In this document: positions 12,216 to 24,226 of the stretch, piece by piece
Position numbering within the stretch: position 1 is the first letter of the stretch
How the letters are laid out: each line of letters begins with the position of its first letter
Assembly (NCBI RefSeq): GCF_964188315.1
Contig: NC_135663.1
Coordinates: 35,650,001 to 35,714,000, forward strand
Reading direction: 5' to 3'
DNA length: 64,000 nt
Source of the DNA: Podarcis muralis
Lineage: Eukaryota
Made by a program: the position numbers and the translations under genes
The notes under the pieces: model-generated
The model's database searches: none
Told to the model about the DNA's origin: nothing
What the model saw: only the letters and a program-made list of their open reading frames with translations

Positions 12216-14338
12216 TATGTGGCCACAAGCATTGTGACGTGTGAAGCAGCTCTGATTTTCAAACTTCAGTGAACTTCTCTCAAGACACACTTTTCAGCAT
12301 CAACCATCTGATGTATAAGAGAGCTACCATTATGCAACTGAACCAATGCTTAGAGAAGCATCTCTTGGCTTTGCTAAGTACTTAAGGCCCAAGGCTGTAC
12401 ATTAATGTGAACATCTGTTTGATTTTCATTATTAATCATGCGTTTTCACTTATGTCCATCCTCCTTAGCAAGCCACTGCCCTTCCCTACACAGCACATCA
12501 CTATTCACAGACATATGAACCAAAGCAAATCAAGCCCTTTTCTCCAAACAAAGCCCTATGAATACTCAGGAGTTTATTAGTAATGACTCCAAGCAAGGGG
12601 ATGCTTTAACAAAGCAAATGCACAGAAGGAAGCAACCATGCAAAGTTCACTGGAAGAGAAATATTTTGCCCCTTATTAATGCCATCTTGCTTTGTTTGCA
12701 CCAAGAGGAGGGAAACTTTTCCAGCCCAGGGGCCAAATTCCCTCAGGGGCAACCTCCCAAGGGCCACATACCACAGCAAATGGACAGAGCCAGAGGCAAA
12801 AGTGGGTGAAACGATGGATAGGACTCTTATCTCTGTAGGTCATATTCCAGCTACACACAACCAAAGGTTTCTACATCCAGTCAAGCAAGCAGCAGCATCA
12901 CAACCCAATGTTTTTGCCAGGCAAACACACTCTAGGAGGCCACAGAGAATTGGTGAAGGGAAAGCTCCAAGGGCCAGAGGGCTGCATTTTCCTCTGGGCC
13001 TGAGGTTCCAGACTCCTGACTTACACTAAGGAAGGCCTTCTGTATTCCTGGGCAGGGTGGGGGACCACTCTCTCTTTGTGAGATAGGCGAAAGGTTTATT
13101 TTACCACTCAAACCACATTCAGAGCATTTGAACTCAGGTCTAGCTGGGGTAATACCAGGCAGATGCAGGATATGTGCATGTTATTATGTTAAAAGGGCAG
13201 CATGTGGAACATGTGCCAGAGATACCTGGCACATGTAAACCTAGCACATGACCTACAGTAAAGTGTAAGTACAGACACGGCCTTTAGATAGTGGGCCAAA
13301 TGGCATGACTGATTCAGAATGATAAAGCTTGCACGTGAAGACATGCTTTTACTCAAGAACTAGTTTTCTAAGCTTGTCCAAAGCAAGTGTGCTTTTGACA
13401 ACATGTCAATGCTTTGGCATAATCCAATTATTTAACACAGGTGAATAGCTTCATGTTAAGCTCACATACTCTTCATTGTACAGTAGAGCGTGGATCAAAT
13501 GATTTTGAGCCACTTTTGTTAGCTACATCTTATCGAAGGTATATTAATTCCAAGATGCATGTACATGTATATATCTATCTATATCTATATCCTACTACCT
13601 TTAAAATCATTTTTCATGTCCAGGTGGCTTAAAATCTACACTTCTTTTTTGTTACCTATTCCTAAGCTCCATGCAAGCAAAATACGTACAGCTGAAACAT
13701 AAATTCTGTTCCAAAATATGGTCCATAACCAGAAAACAGAAAGCAAATATTTTAAATAGGAGCAGTCCAAGAATATACTAGAATACTCTACTAAAAACCC
13801 CCCAGCAAGCTAAGATGGCCACTTTATTATTAGTATTATTGCATTACAGATTTTAGCCGTTCTTAATAGCCCATGTGTCAGGCCATGGCCTCCTCTGCAT
13901 TTAAAACACATTATAAATTATTGTTTGCAGCTCAAATTTTATTCTGCAGGGACTGTGGCAAATGCCACTTATGCAGCTCTTCTGCCCATAAGGTAAACAG
14001 CCTGGATAAGATCGCTGCACCATGCTAATGGGAGTAATCTTCCAATCCCATAGGGCCAGTTTAAATGGTTTACCTTAGACATGTGAATTTATGTTGTTCT
14101 ATTATGAGAACTTTGGGGGGGAAGAGGGGAGTTTTCACCAGGTGACAGACTGCCCTACCACATAATATATCATTAAAAAGGAAAACATCTGGCTGCTTTT
14201 TTATGCCAATAACCAGGAAAATTAGTGAGAGAATAAGTTTAAAATCTATACTGTGGGAAGTATTATTGCTCCTATTTTGACATCCTACCTAATTTTCAAT
14301 TGTCCTTGACTAACGTAAGCTCACACTGAATTTTGTCA

Positions 14339-14340
<2 letters not shown>

Positions 14341-14380
<40 letters not shown>
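14341..14380. repeat. (TG)20 microsatellite
   Basis: Direct reading. Confidence 0.98.
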
Positions 14381-14381
<1 letters not shown>

Positions 14382-15199
14382 TTTAAGAAAAAATAAAATA
14401 GATATAATTTTGATTTAGTTGGATTGCTCTTTAAGGCACTGACTCTCCTATGGATATCACAATAATAAGCTGCAGCAAGCCCCCAGGCTTGCATGTCTAC
14501 AGTTTCTCCTGCATAAACAAGAGGAAAACTTCAGAAGCTTATACTTTTGCTTTTATTTCCAGGTGGTTAGCATCATGAAGCTGCTTATGAAGCCTGCCTA
14601 TGTAAGCTAACCATGTTTAGTGCAACCATGGGCAGCCCTGTTGAGTGCGCAAGCGGACCAGGGTTTCTTCATGGCCCTGTCTCAGTTCAAACTTCCCTAT
14701 AAATGTGAGGATGGTCTTGACCTGGATGGGCTTCTGACACATGGTGAAGACTTCCTTACTCTCCCAAGCTTGCAGAGGCCACATTTAGTTCAACTTAACT
14801 TTCTTCTACTTTCTAGCCCTCCTGTTAGACTGTTATGATTCCATTGATCATTTAATTGTACTTTAATCAGTTTCTGTAATTCCCACTGGAATGTATGGTT
14901 TTGACACAAACCACTCTTTGATATAAACTGTATTTTAAAAAAAAATATGAAAAGCAGTATACAATAATACAAAATAAATGAATAAACAAATCATGCACAC
15001 CCCTCGGTTTGGACAAAAGGGAAAGCCATTGTTTATTGTTTCGGACAAAGCAGAAAACCACAGTTTATATAATTGAAAGTAACTTTTCTGCCATGCTCTT
15101 TGAGACTGTGTGTGGGGAGGAGACGGGAGGGGAAACGCATGCAAACCTGAGGCTCACAGTAGTTCATGTGAATCACAATAAACATGTCTGTTTATCACT

Positions 15200-15288
15200 A
15201 AAGGTTAAAAAAAAAAAGGTAAAGGACCCCTGGACAGTTAAGTCCAGTCAAAGGTGACTATGGGGTTGCAGCGCTCATCTCGCTTTTA
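15200..15288 (-). mobile_element. Sauria SINE 3' fragment
   Basis: AAAGGTAAAGGACCCCTGGACAGTTAAGTCCAGTC…GCGCTCATCTCGC is the reverse complement of the Sauria SINE tail. Confidence 0.8.
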
Positions 15289-15527
15289 TCAGTAACACCC
15301 TCCCACCTTTCATGTGTCCCTTAAAAGGAAAACATTTGCTAAAGATATACAGATGCACACATTCAACAACAATATAGGATTTATACAAAGCTGCCTTTAC
15401 AAAGATGTGTGTTGGAGGGGAGGAATGTAAGAAACAAATACAGGCTGCCATTGGTAAAGAGAACATGAATCACTCCCTAAATGTGACTAGATTCCCTGTT
15501 CTTGATGGTGCCCATATTAACATAAAG

Positions 15528-15778
15528 CAGGGGTCAGCAACCTTTTTCAGCTGTGGGCCGGTCCACTGTCCCTCAGACCATGTGGTGGGCCGGACTATAT
15601 TTTGGGGGATAAAAATGAACGAATTCCTATGCCCCACAAAGAACCCAGAGATGCATTTTAAATAAAAGGACACATTCTACTCATTTAAAAACACACTGAT
15701 TCTGGGACCGTCCTCTGGCCTGATTGAGAAGGCGATTGGGGCGGATCTGGGCCCTGGGCCTTAGTTTGCCTACCCCTG
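15528..15778 (+). mobile_element. hAT MITE, same family as 4738-4982
   Basis: Same termini and internal sequence; flanks (acataaag / ccctagtg) no longer match as a TSD. Confidence 0.88.
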
Positions 15779-16789
15779 CCCTAGTGCCTCTGTCCAGAAA
15801 AGCCTGTATGATTTAAAAGGATAGTTGTGGCCAAACCACAGGGGGAGCCAAAGCAGAGCTGACTTGCAGCTAGCTAATCTTCCTCACATTCAAGGAGGCT
15901 TCCTCTGAAAGGCTTGTGACTAAAATTCAGGGTAGATAACAGAAGTTATCAGAGCACTACAGCCAGAGAACTAAATTTCAAACTAGCACTTTAAACTAAC
16001 ATTACCAGTTTACACACACAATGTTTATTTCAGTGAGCGGAAGGCTGGGAGAAGACTGTAAAACCACAAGGCTGCTATCATTGGCCCTTGAAGGAATCCT
16101 TTTTCAAATTGCACAAAATCCATGTGTGTCGGAGCTTTGCTGCTGTTACAAAACCATCGCAAAAATAGCAGCCAAATTCTGTTAAACAAAGTGAGAGAGA
16201 GAGAGAGAGAGAGAACCTTTACAAAAGCAAAGTTTATAGCATGCTATAATTAAGCTCACATCCTGATAGAGGGAGCATGAAGTTTTATTCTAAATATAGC
16301 AGAAGTCCTCTTTATTGCACAAGTCTCCCCTCCTCCCTCTTTTAAAGTGAAATGTAAAAAATGAGTCACTGATATTGTCAGTGGCCTCCTTACCATTTAG
16401 ATTTACAAAACAAATCAAGAAAAAAACTAACTAAAACAGAAGGCTTTTGTTTCCTCTCTTTTCTTTTTAGCAAAGTGTTACTTTGAGTTTTTTAAAGGGA
16501 CAGGCAGATAAGAGATTATGCAGCAGCAGTGCTCAGTGGATCAAACCCATATATAAATAGCTGAGAATAAATAAATAATAAATAATAATAATAAATGTCA
16601 TCCAAGGCAGACAACTAATCTTGTGCTATAATACTGACACTTTTAGCAGCTGTTTTGTTTGCTGCAATATACTTTCTATGTGGATGCTCAGATGTTCACC
16701 ATTAATACAGGAAAAATCTTCCATGTGGATTTCCTAAGACTGAAACTTGTCAAAGGGATGAGCTGCTCTGTGATGATCTGGAAACATTT

Positions 16790-17645
16790 TCTAGAATGGT
16801 GGCTATTGCTAATGCACTAATTGGGCTCAAAGCACAGAAAATGGAAGTGACAAAAGAGAGCAGCATTCAGGACATGGAGCCTGTTATTGCTGCAAAGTGC
16901 AAGGTTCTTGTGAACCACAAGGGTGGGCCATGCAAGAAGACGCTTTCTGCACTGAGAAAGGCACAGAGCGATGCCTAGCTGGTTGCTAGACGATGTACCA
17001 GAGCATTCAACTCATTGCTGACAGTAGCAACACTTGCAAAATGTACAAAGGCACGAAGACAACCTTTGGACCAACAGTCAGGAAAAACTGCACTGCTGTA
17101 ATCTTTGACAGGAGAGATCATCGCAGACCGCAGCAAGCAGATGGCGTGATGGGGCAGGACAGAATCCCAACAGAAGTGCTAAAAGCCAGCTTCAATTCCC
17201 CTCTCATGACACACCTCCACGGCTTTCTCTTGCCCTGTTGAAAAAAGGATCTGTGCCACAAGACATGTGTCTCCGCAGCATTGTGACCCTCAAAGAACAA
17301 AGACGACTGCCATGATTGTAACAACTGCCACGGAATCTCCATGCTGTGGGGAAAGCCTATGCCCATGAAGGTCTCAACAGATTACAGTCACTCACGGACA
17401 GGGTCTATCCCGCGCCTGAGCTTTAGAACTCTAGAGGTCAACAGTCAGCATAATTTTCTCACTGCACCAGCTACAGAAGAAATGTCAACAGCATAGACAC
17501 CCCTTGTACATATTGTCTTCATAAACCGGATGAAGACCTTTGACCTTCTCAGCCACTGCTCAACCAGACAGGGTGCCCACCTAAGCTCCACAAAATGATG
17601 GTGTCCTTCCATGAGAACATGCACTGTACTGTCCATCCTTGGATG
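16790..17645 (+). mobile_element. Degenerate RTE-clade LINE ORF fragment (reverse transcriptase region), not BovB
   Basis: Frameshifted translation gives DRIPTEVLK…, CNNCHGISM…GKAYA…, STVSIIFSLHQLQKKCQQHRHPLYI.FI…KTFDLL…GCPPKLHKMMVSFHENMHCTV, matching RTE RT motifs (YRGISLL…RST.DMIF.LRQLQEKC…GCPPKL…SFH..M.GTV). Confidence 0.85.
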
Positions 17646-17748
17646 CCTTACCTATAAAGAGTGATGTGAAACAGGGCTGAGTTCTCGCCCCAACTCTCTT
17701 TGGCATATTTGTCTCCATGTCACTCTCCTAAGCCTTTAGCTCAACTGT

Positions 17749-17760
17749 ATTATTATTATT

Positions 17761-17799
<39 letters not shown>

Positions 17800-17930
17800 A
17801 TTATATACTGCCCATCTGACTGGATTACCTCAGCCACTCTGGGTGGCTTCCAGCAAAACGTTCAAACACGAAAGATCATGTGTACTTCCGTTCAAGGAAC
17901 AGCAGGGGTCTGTTCAACCTGGCCTATCTT
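17749..17930 (-). mobile_element. L2-like LINE 3' end with compound (TAA)n/(CAA)n tail
   Basis: Reverse complement GGAAGCCACCCAGAGTGGCTG…CAGATGGGCAGTATA plus tail; same family as 26238-26395. Confidence 0.7.
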
Positions 17931-18204
17931 CACACACAAAAGCACAGTGGGCTCTTATCAATTCCAAAATATAAGGTTCCAGTCAGATGAGAGATCACAT
18001 TGCGCCAAGTATTCTAGAACAATCTTGTTTCTATGGAGAAAGGCAGAGTAATTCGTGAAGTGAGACTACTGTGCTACCTGAACAAAAGGCAAGTCTCAAC
18101 TGGCATAAGTATTGTGTCATCTTCACTAGATTCTAGTTTGTGCCTGAGTTAAGTTCAAAGTGTTGGTGTTGGGCTTTAAAGCCACAAATGGCCTAGGATT
18201 AGGG

Positions 18205-18504
18205 CAGGGGTCAGCAAAGTTTTTGTGGCTTGGGCAGGTTCACGGTCCTGCAGACGCTGCAGTGGGCCAGAGTGTGAGTGCAGGCATGCACAAACGCTAT
18301 TTTTGGTGCTCCTTCCAGTGTGGAGGAGGCATGCACAGCTTCCCATTGGCTGCAGGAGCTTCCTGCAGCCAATGGGAAGCCGGCCAGTGTCGCAGAAGGC
18401 GGTCCCCGCTCTGCTCCACGCTGGTTTAGCGTGGCGCACGGGAACCGACTGAGCAGGTGGCGGGGGTCCCCGAGTGGGTGGTGGGGATCAATTGCAAACC
18501 CCTG
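18205..18504 (+). mobile_element. hAT MITE (CAGGGG ends), related to 51879-52130
   Basis: CAGGGGT…ACCCCTG; TSD gattaggg / aattaggg; internal hairpin GCTTCCCATTGGCTGCAGGA…TCCTGCAGCCAATGGGAAGC. Confidence 0.85.
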
Positions 18505-19045
18505 AATTAGGGTCATAGCAACCCCATATATTTAAAGCACTCTTATAGCACTTTAACAGCCATAGCTTACCCCCAAAGTATCCTGGGAACTGTAGCTTGT
18601 TAAGGATGCTGAGAGTTGATAGGAGACCCCTTAAACTATCAGACCACTGCACTATTCTGGGTCAAAATCAAAGTATCCCAGATTTTGCATAGCTTCACCC
18701 AAATTTATTTGCCAACAGGGAGTGGCAAAATCAGCAGAAAGCAATAAATGCTATTCATTCGTTTTTTCTCCAGTCCCCCCCTTTGGAAACAGTAACCCAG
18801 TCAGGAAAGCAACAGCCAAATTTCAGAAGGCATCTCAAAATTGTCAATTTCATCTCTGTGATAGTAGCATGCATAGCATAAGGTCCAAGGCATGGCATAA
18901 AACAATTCACAAACCACTTTTATGAAGGTTGCTGGTTCTTGTACTGCTGAGAATGCCAGATTCCATTAAAGTAGGCTTCTAGGCCTCATGACTGCTGTGA
19001 AATACTTTTCTTTTTCTTTCTGAAACATCAATAGCAAAATACTGG

Positions 19046-19206
19046 ATCATAGAATCATAGAATTCTTGAGTTGAATGGGACCCTGAGGATCCTCAGTCTA
19101 ATGCAACCCACCGCAGTGCTGCAATATGCAGCTGTCCCATACAAGGATGGAACCTGCAACCTTGGTGTTATCAGCACCAGGTTCTAACCAACTGAGCTAA
19201 CCAGGC
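19046..19206 (-). mobile_element. tRNA-Ile-derived SINE with CR1-type (ATTCTATG)n tail
   Basis: Reverse complement GGTTAGCTCAGTTGGTTAGAACCTGGTGCTGATAACACCAAGGTTGCAGGTTC is tRNA-Ile-like; ends …CAACTCAAGAATTCTATGATTCTATGAT. Confidence 0.8.
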
Positions 19207-20273
19207 TCCAGTGTAATAAAAATAAAATAAATAAAACAACCCATCATTTTTAGTCCATTCATCAACATACCTATCAAATCAAATTCTTCACGTTTGAAGC
19301 TTATAGTTTTGATATATGAATGCTGTATGCTCTGCCCACCGGCTGAGGTGTGACTATATTAGCCACATGTTACTAACGTATTCATACTGTAGCCTTCTTG
19401 TTCATAACGTATATTCCAATTTGCCTGTCAATCACAACAGAAATATAAAGAAGAAAGATATATGTGTGGGTAATTGGGTAATTCAAGAGGCTCAAAATGT
19501 ATCTTGCTTAAGGCTGCTCCTCTCCCCTCCAGTTTCTTAGATTCCAATTAACACTTCTAGTAAAGAAAAGCAAACTAGAAACTTCTGTATTATACTGTCA
19601 ACGCCACCCCCCCCCCCGCATCTAGTATTTTCCAGAAGTCTTCACAAAAAAGCCGGGATAGCATGAATATGTCACAATGAGAAAGTTTACCATTTCTCTC
19701 CCCGCCCCCGCCCCCAGGCAATATTCTTTGTGGTTTCTCCAGTACTGTGAATGCATACCTCTGGTGTTTACCATCAGCAATTTTCAACATGCTGACATGG
19801 CTAAAAGTGACCACAGAGCCGACGCAAGCAAGCTAGAAGGAGAAAGACAAGCGGAAACACTATGATCTTTCGACTCAAACTTTGCACTTTTTCGACAGGA
19901 ACTTAACAAGGTGGCCTGGTTATCATGGGAGAGGATTCGATTAGTGCAACTTGGAGTAGACACACACTCTCTCTCTCTCTTCTCGCCTTCTTTTTCATTA
20001 ACCGACAGAGCTTTGTTCCTGATGTTGCTATTTTTGTGGCTGACGCATGCAAAGCTGTTGGAGGAGGGAGCCATTCCCACTACAAAGGTTAAATTTCTTT
20101 CCCTGCTGTTGGGGCTCGCAGAAGGGATTTCTTCTCCTTTCCCAACAATCTACCTTCTCACGCTTTAGATCAGGTGGTTCATCCTGGCACTGTCCTGTTC
20201 CTCCCCCCAAATTGTTTTAAAACAGTATCTTAAAGTCACCTGAAAACTGCTTGTAAACAGAAAGAGCAATTAA

Positions 20274-20358
20274 GGCTGCAATCCTATATCCACTTACTCC
20301 CCAGCAAGTCCTTGCAAAATCAGCGAGACTTTGTTTTAAATAGACATATATAGGATTG
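20274..20358. mobile_element. Short palindromic MITE (GCAATCCTAT…ATAGGATTGC); decayed relatives near 22310, 50280 and 54040
   Basis: 10-bp perfect inverted ends; recurring ACTTAC…CAAGTAAG core. Confidence 0.6.
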
Positions 20359-21176
20359 CTTTGAATATTTCAGAAATATTGATCAGATATCATTATTTTC
20401 TGATTTGTAGTTTAAATGTATAGAGCTGGGTGATGTTTATAAAACCTATTCCTTCAACAAAAGTCTAAATGTAAATGTAATTTACATTAAATGTAACTAG
20501 TAATTTAAGTATTAAAAGTTTGTGCAAGGCATATGAGAAAGAAATCCATAACCAACTCCTTTTGGTTTGTGTTGTTCAAAGACTCTAAAGTTTCAAATGC
20601 TCAAAAGGCAGTCATTATCATTTACTAAGGCATACAGTACAAGAGAAAGTTTACATACATGAGGGATTTGGAACCTGAGACCAGAAGTGTAGTAGTCTGG
20701 GGTTGAGAGTGGTTGAGGACCCATTACTGTACTATTTCTGCAGGAGGGGCCCAACAGGGCCCTGTCTCCAGCATCCTAGAGCCCCACAATCAGCATGGAA
20801 AGAGAGTTCCTTAGCCACTGAGAGGAAGTATTCTCACCCTTCGCACTGACTGAAACCAATCAGAATGAAAGGAGGGGAGTCAGCCACTGAGGATCGGCTC
20901 CTAGGGTCACTCTGGAAAAGCAGGAATACCACCCAGGAGAAGTTGCTCTGTATGTTCCAAAGCTAAACATTTAGGAAGCACAAGTCACTTCAGTTTCAAG
21001 AGAATGGTGTGCAAGTTCTGCTACGTACAATAGAACTACAAGGAAAGCACAACTTAAGCAACACTGAAAAAGATACTGGAGCACTCCAAATCATTTGCCC
21101 ATGTGTATGCACAGAAAATAGTAAATCTAGCTGAAAGGCAAAGCATGAACATCTGCAGTGATGGATGCATTACATC

Positions 21177-21222
<46 letters not shown>
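21177..21222. repeat. (ATT)n microsatellite
   Basis: Direct reading. Confidence 0.98.
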
Positions 21223-21224
<2 letters not shown>

Positions 21225-21662
21225 GCTATTGTATAATCTCATAAAAGTGTGTCTTCTTAGAAGGGTGTGTGGCTGTGGGCATCATAAAGGGACCCTGCAA
21301 CTTCTGGATTTGCCACTACATTACTATGATACCCATCATCCTTGACCACTGGCTCACGCTGGCTGGGGCTGGTGGGAATTGGAGCCCAACAACATATGAG
21401 GGTGACATGTTCCCCATCACTCATATATGTCCCCCCCCCCCACAGATGGCCATGCATCTTCCATCTTCTACCAGGAGGAGCCACAAGAGACAGTAGCCCT
21501 TTCCTCTGAGGGGCTCTGCTATCCTGATTGTCAGATTTCTTGTATGTAAAATTTACTGCAAGCTATCCCAAGAGCTCAGTTCAAAGGTGGGGCATAAACG
21601 TCTCCAAATGAATGTGCTGCTTTATTCTGAGAACAGATCCTATTATGTCAAGGGCACATGAC

Positions 21663-22235
21663 TAGGGTTACCAGATGTCCCCGTTTCCCAGGGACAGTCC
21701 CCAGATTTACGATTAAGTCCCCGGACAAATTCCATCCCCGGAATGTCCCCAGATTTCATCTAATGTCCCTGGGAAATGCAGCAGCGGCAGTCTCAGCAGC
21801 CTGGAGCAGTTGGCTCTGGCTGGCTTCAGGAGCTGCTCGGAAGCCCCCATATGATGGTGGGGCAGGGGCTCTAAGATGCAGCTTCCGGGCTGCCTCCACC
21901 TTCCTTGACCCCAGCAACTAAGCTGTGAAGGGAGGCTTCATGCTGCCTATCAGAGCAGCTTCCCAACTCCTACTTGCGTGCAAGCAGGAGCAGGTGGGGA
22001 TATCTCAGCTGTGAATAGAGGCTTCACACTGCCTATCAGAGCTTGTGTGCAAGCAGGAGGCGGCAGGGATCTCTCAGTTAGGCAATGGGAAGCCTCCCTT
22101 CCCAGCTGAGGGATCCTTGCCCCCTCCTGCTTGCACGCAAGTAGGAGTTGGGATGGGGATGCTCCTCAACAGAGACCCTTGGGACCTTCCAGGCTGATGC
22201 ATTTATTGAGGCATGGGCATCTGTAGGCAACAGTC
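21663..22235 (+). mobile_element. hAT (Tip100-like, TAGGGTTACCAGATGTCCC end) non-autonomous element with internal direct and inverted repeats
   Basis: Left end followed by repeated TCCCC subterminal motifs; right end decayed (…GGCATCTGTAGGCAAC); internal perfect 30-bp inverted repeat. Confidence 0.65.
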
Positions 22236-22963
22236 CCCAAATGCAGGCATAAGACACCCAACTCCTTTCTAGAACCAGATTCAACTGTATTAATACAGCA
22301 TGCTTTGCTGCATGATCCTATGCATATTTATGCAGAAGTAATTCACACCAATTTAGATGGGATTTATTCCCAAGTAAGTGGTAATAGCAATGCAACCATA
22401 TTTTTTACTATAGTTGCCAGGGTTTAGGAGCACAAAGCAGATTGCCAACAAAATAACCCCAATATGCTTCCCAACAGATAAAAACAGTTACCGGCAATAT
22501 CCAAATATCACCAGCCAAATTTAAAAACAAGCATGAATAGCAGGATTATACGTCCTGATAGACTTGCTATAAGAGAAACATGTTTTGCAGGCTTCTGAAA
22601 TTATACAACAAGGCTGCCTGCCTAATATTAATAGGCAGGTGCTGTCACACTGAAACTCTGACTCCTCTCAAATGTTTGTTTTACAGTTTAACAATCACTG
22701 CTTTACAATGCATGCTTCAGGGTATGATTGCATGTTGGCTGCATGCTGCACTTAAAACTATCACCCATGTTATCTTTGCAGGGAGGTGAACTTCATATGG
22801 CTCCTAATGATGCTTCAGTTGGGGCTGGGCTATTTGGCTCTCACATTATGGTGATGATATTTATTAGCATAGAAATGAGGATCTGGCTAACTCCCTACTC
22901 TGAAAACTATGTTAATAGGTCATCCCAAGACGTTTTACTACTAGAGCAGAATACTGCACCATT

Positions 22964-22965
<2 letters not shown>

Positions 22966-23009
<44 letters not shown>
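22966..23009. repeat. (CA)n microsatellite
   Basis: Direct reading. Confidence 0.98.
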
Positions 23010-23011
<2 letters not shown>

Positions 23012-23422
23012 TCCCTTGCTTTTCTCTGCATGGTAGAGACCTCTTTATCAGATCTCCACAATAAACACTGGTGTGTGTATACTCTCTCACTATGGTGTGG
23101 GGCATCTAACTTGTAATAGTGATTGTGAATACAGCTGAGGGTTGGATATGCAGTATTGGTGGATAGAAACCACTGCATAATTGGCAGTAGATTTTTATGT
23201 GGTGAAGCGCCCTGAAATCTACAGGTTGGTATACAAATTTAATAAACAATATATTAGGATGGTATACAAATTTAATAAACACTATATTATTTATTTATAT
23301 TTAGATTTATATGGACAGCTTACGAATATATATACATATTTAAAGCTCCGTAAACTCCATAAAAGCAGCATCCAATAAACAGATCAGCAAAGGTTAAAAT
23401 GACTGGGAGTGACTCTCTAGGG

Positions 23423-23756
23423 CAGGGGTCTGCAACCCGCGGCTCCGGAGCCGCATGTGGCTCTTTTACATCTTTGCCGCGGCTCTGGAGCGGATACTAG
23501 CGAGGAGAGGAGGCGCATTGTGCGCACCGACACTCCTCACTGTGGCGGGCGCTGTACTGGCTGTGACGTCGCATGGGGGCGGTGCATGCATTAGTCACGC
23601 ACCGTCCCGACGTCACCTTCCCGCCCGCTGTCAGATCGCGGCTCCGGAGATATATTTGTTTTAAATGTTGCAATGGTTTTGCGGCTCCCAGTTGTTGTTT
23701 TTTCTTCGGAAACGGGTCCAAGTGGCTCTTTTTGTCTTAAAGGTTGCATACCCCTG
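23423..23756 (+). mobile_element. Young hAT-Charlie MITE with CpG-rich interior
   Basis: TIR CAGGGGT(C/A)TGCAACC; perfect TSD ctctaggg (23415-23422 / 23757-23764); repeated GCGGCTC subterminal motifs. Confidence 0.92.
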
Positions 23757-23974
23757 CTCTAGGGTCTTAGGCAAAGAATCTTTCCCTGCTATCTCACTGT
23801 AGATGCCCATGACTGAATCTGAGACCTTCTGCGCACAAAGCATGCCTACTGCTACTGAGGTTGTAATATTGGCGAAATGGTGGAAATGAACTGATAGTAG
23901 GCACAACAAACACGTTTCCCTTCGTCCGGGAGAAATCTAGCAGGGAAACAAGCTAACATTCAGCCAAGCGTTGT

Positions 23975-24226
23975 GGGAGCCAGTGTGGTGTAGTGGTTAA
24001 GAGCGGTGGACTCGTAATCTGATGAACTGGGTTCACATCTCTGCTCCTCCACATGCAGCTGCTGGGTGACCTTGGGCTAGTCACATTTCTCTCAGCCTCA
24101 CTCACCTCACAGAGTGTTTGTTGTGAGGGAGGAAGGAAAAGGAGATTGTTAGCCGCTTTGAGACTCCTTAGGGTAGTGATAAAGCGGGATATCAAATCCA
24201 AACTCTTCTTCTTATTATTATTATTA
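23975..24226 (+). mobile_element. Squam3-like (MIR/Ther1-derived CORE) SINE
   Basis: GGGAGCCAGTGTGGTGTAGTGGTTAAGAGC head, GGGTGACCTTGGGCTAGTCAC…CTCAGCCTC core, (CTT)/(ATT) tail. Confidence 0.85.

Noticed and set aside
13209-13236. 11-bp hairpin ACATGTGCCAG / CTGGCACATGT as a possible ncRNA
   Set aside because: Too short, and probably the centre of a decayed palindromic MITE.
19140-19206. Possible functional tRNA-Ile gene
   Set aside because: The acceptor stem and T-loop are degenerate and it is fused to a CR1-type tail, so it is a SINE head.
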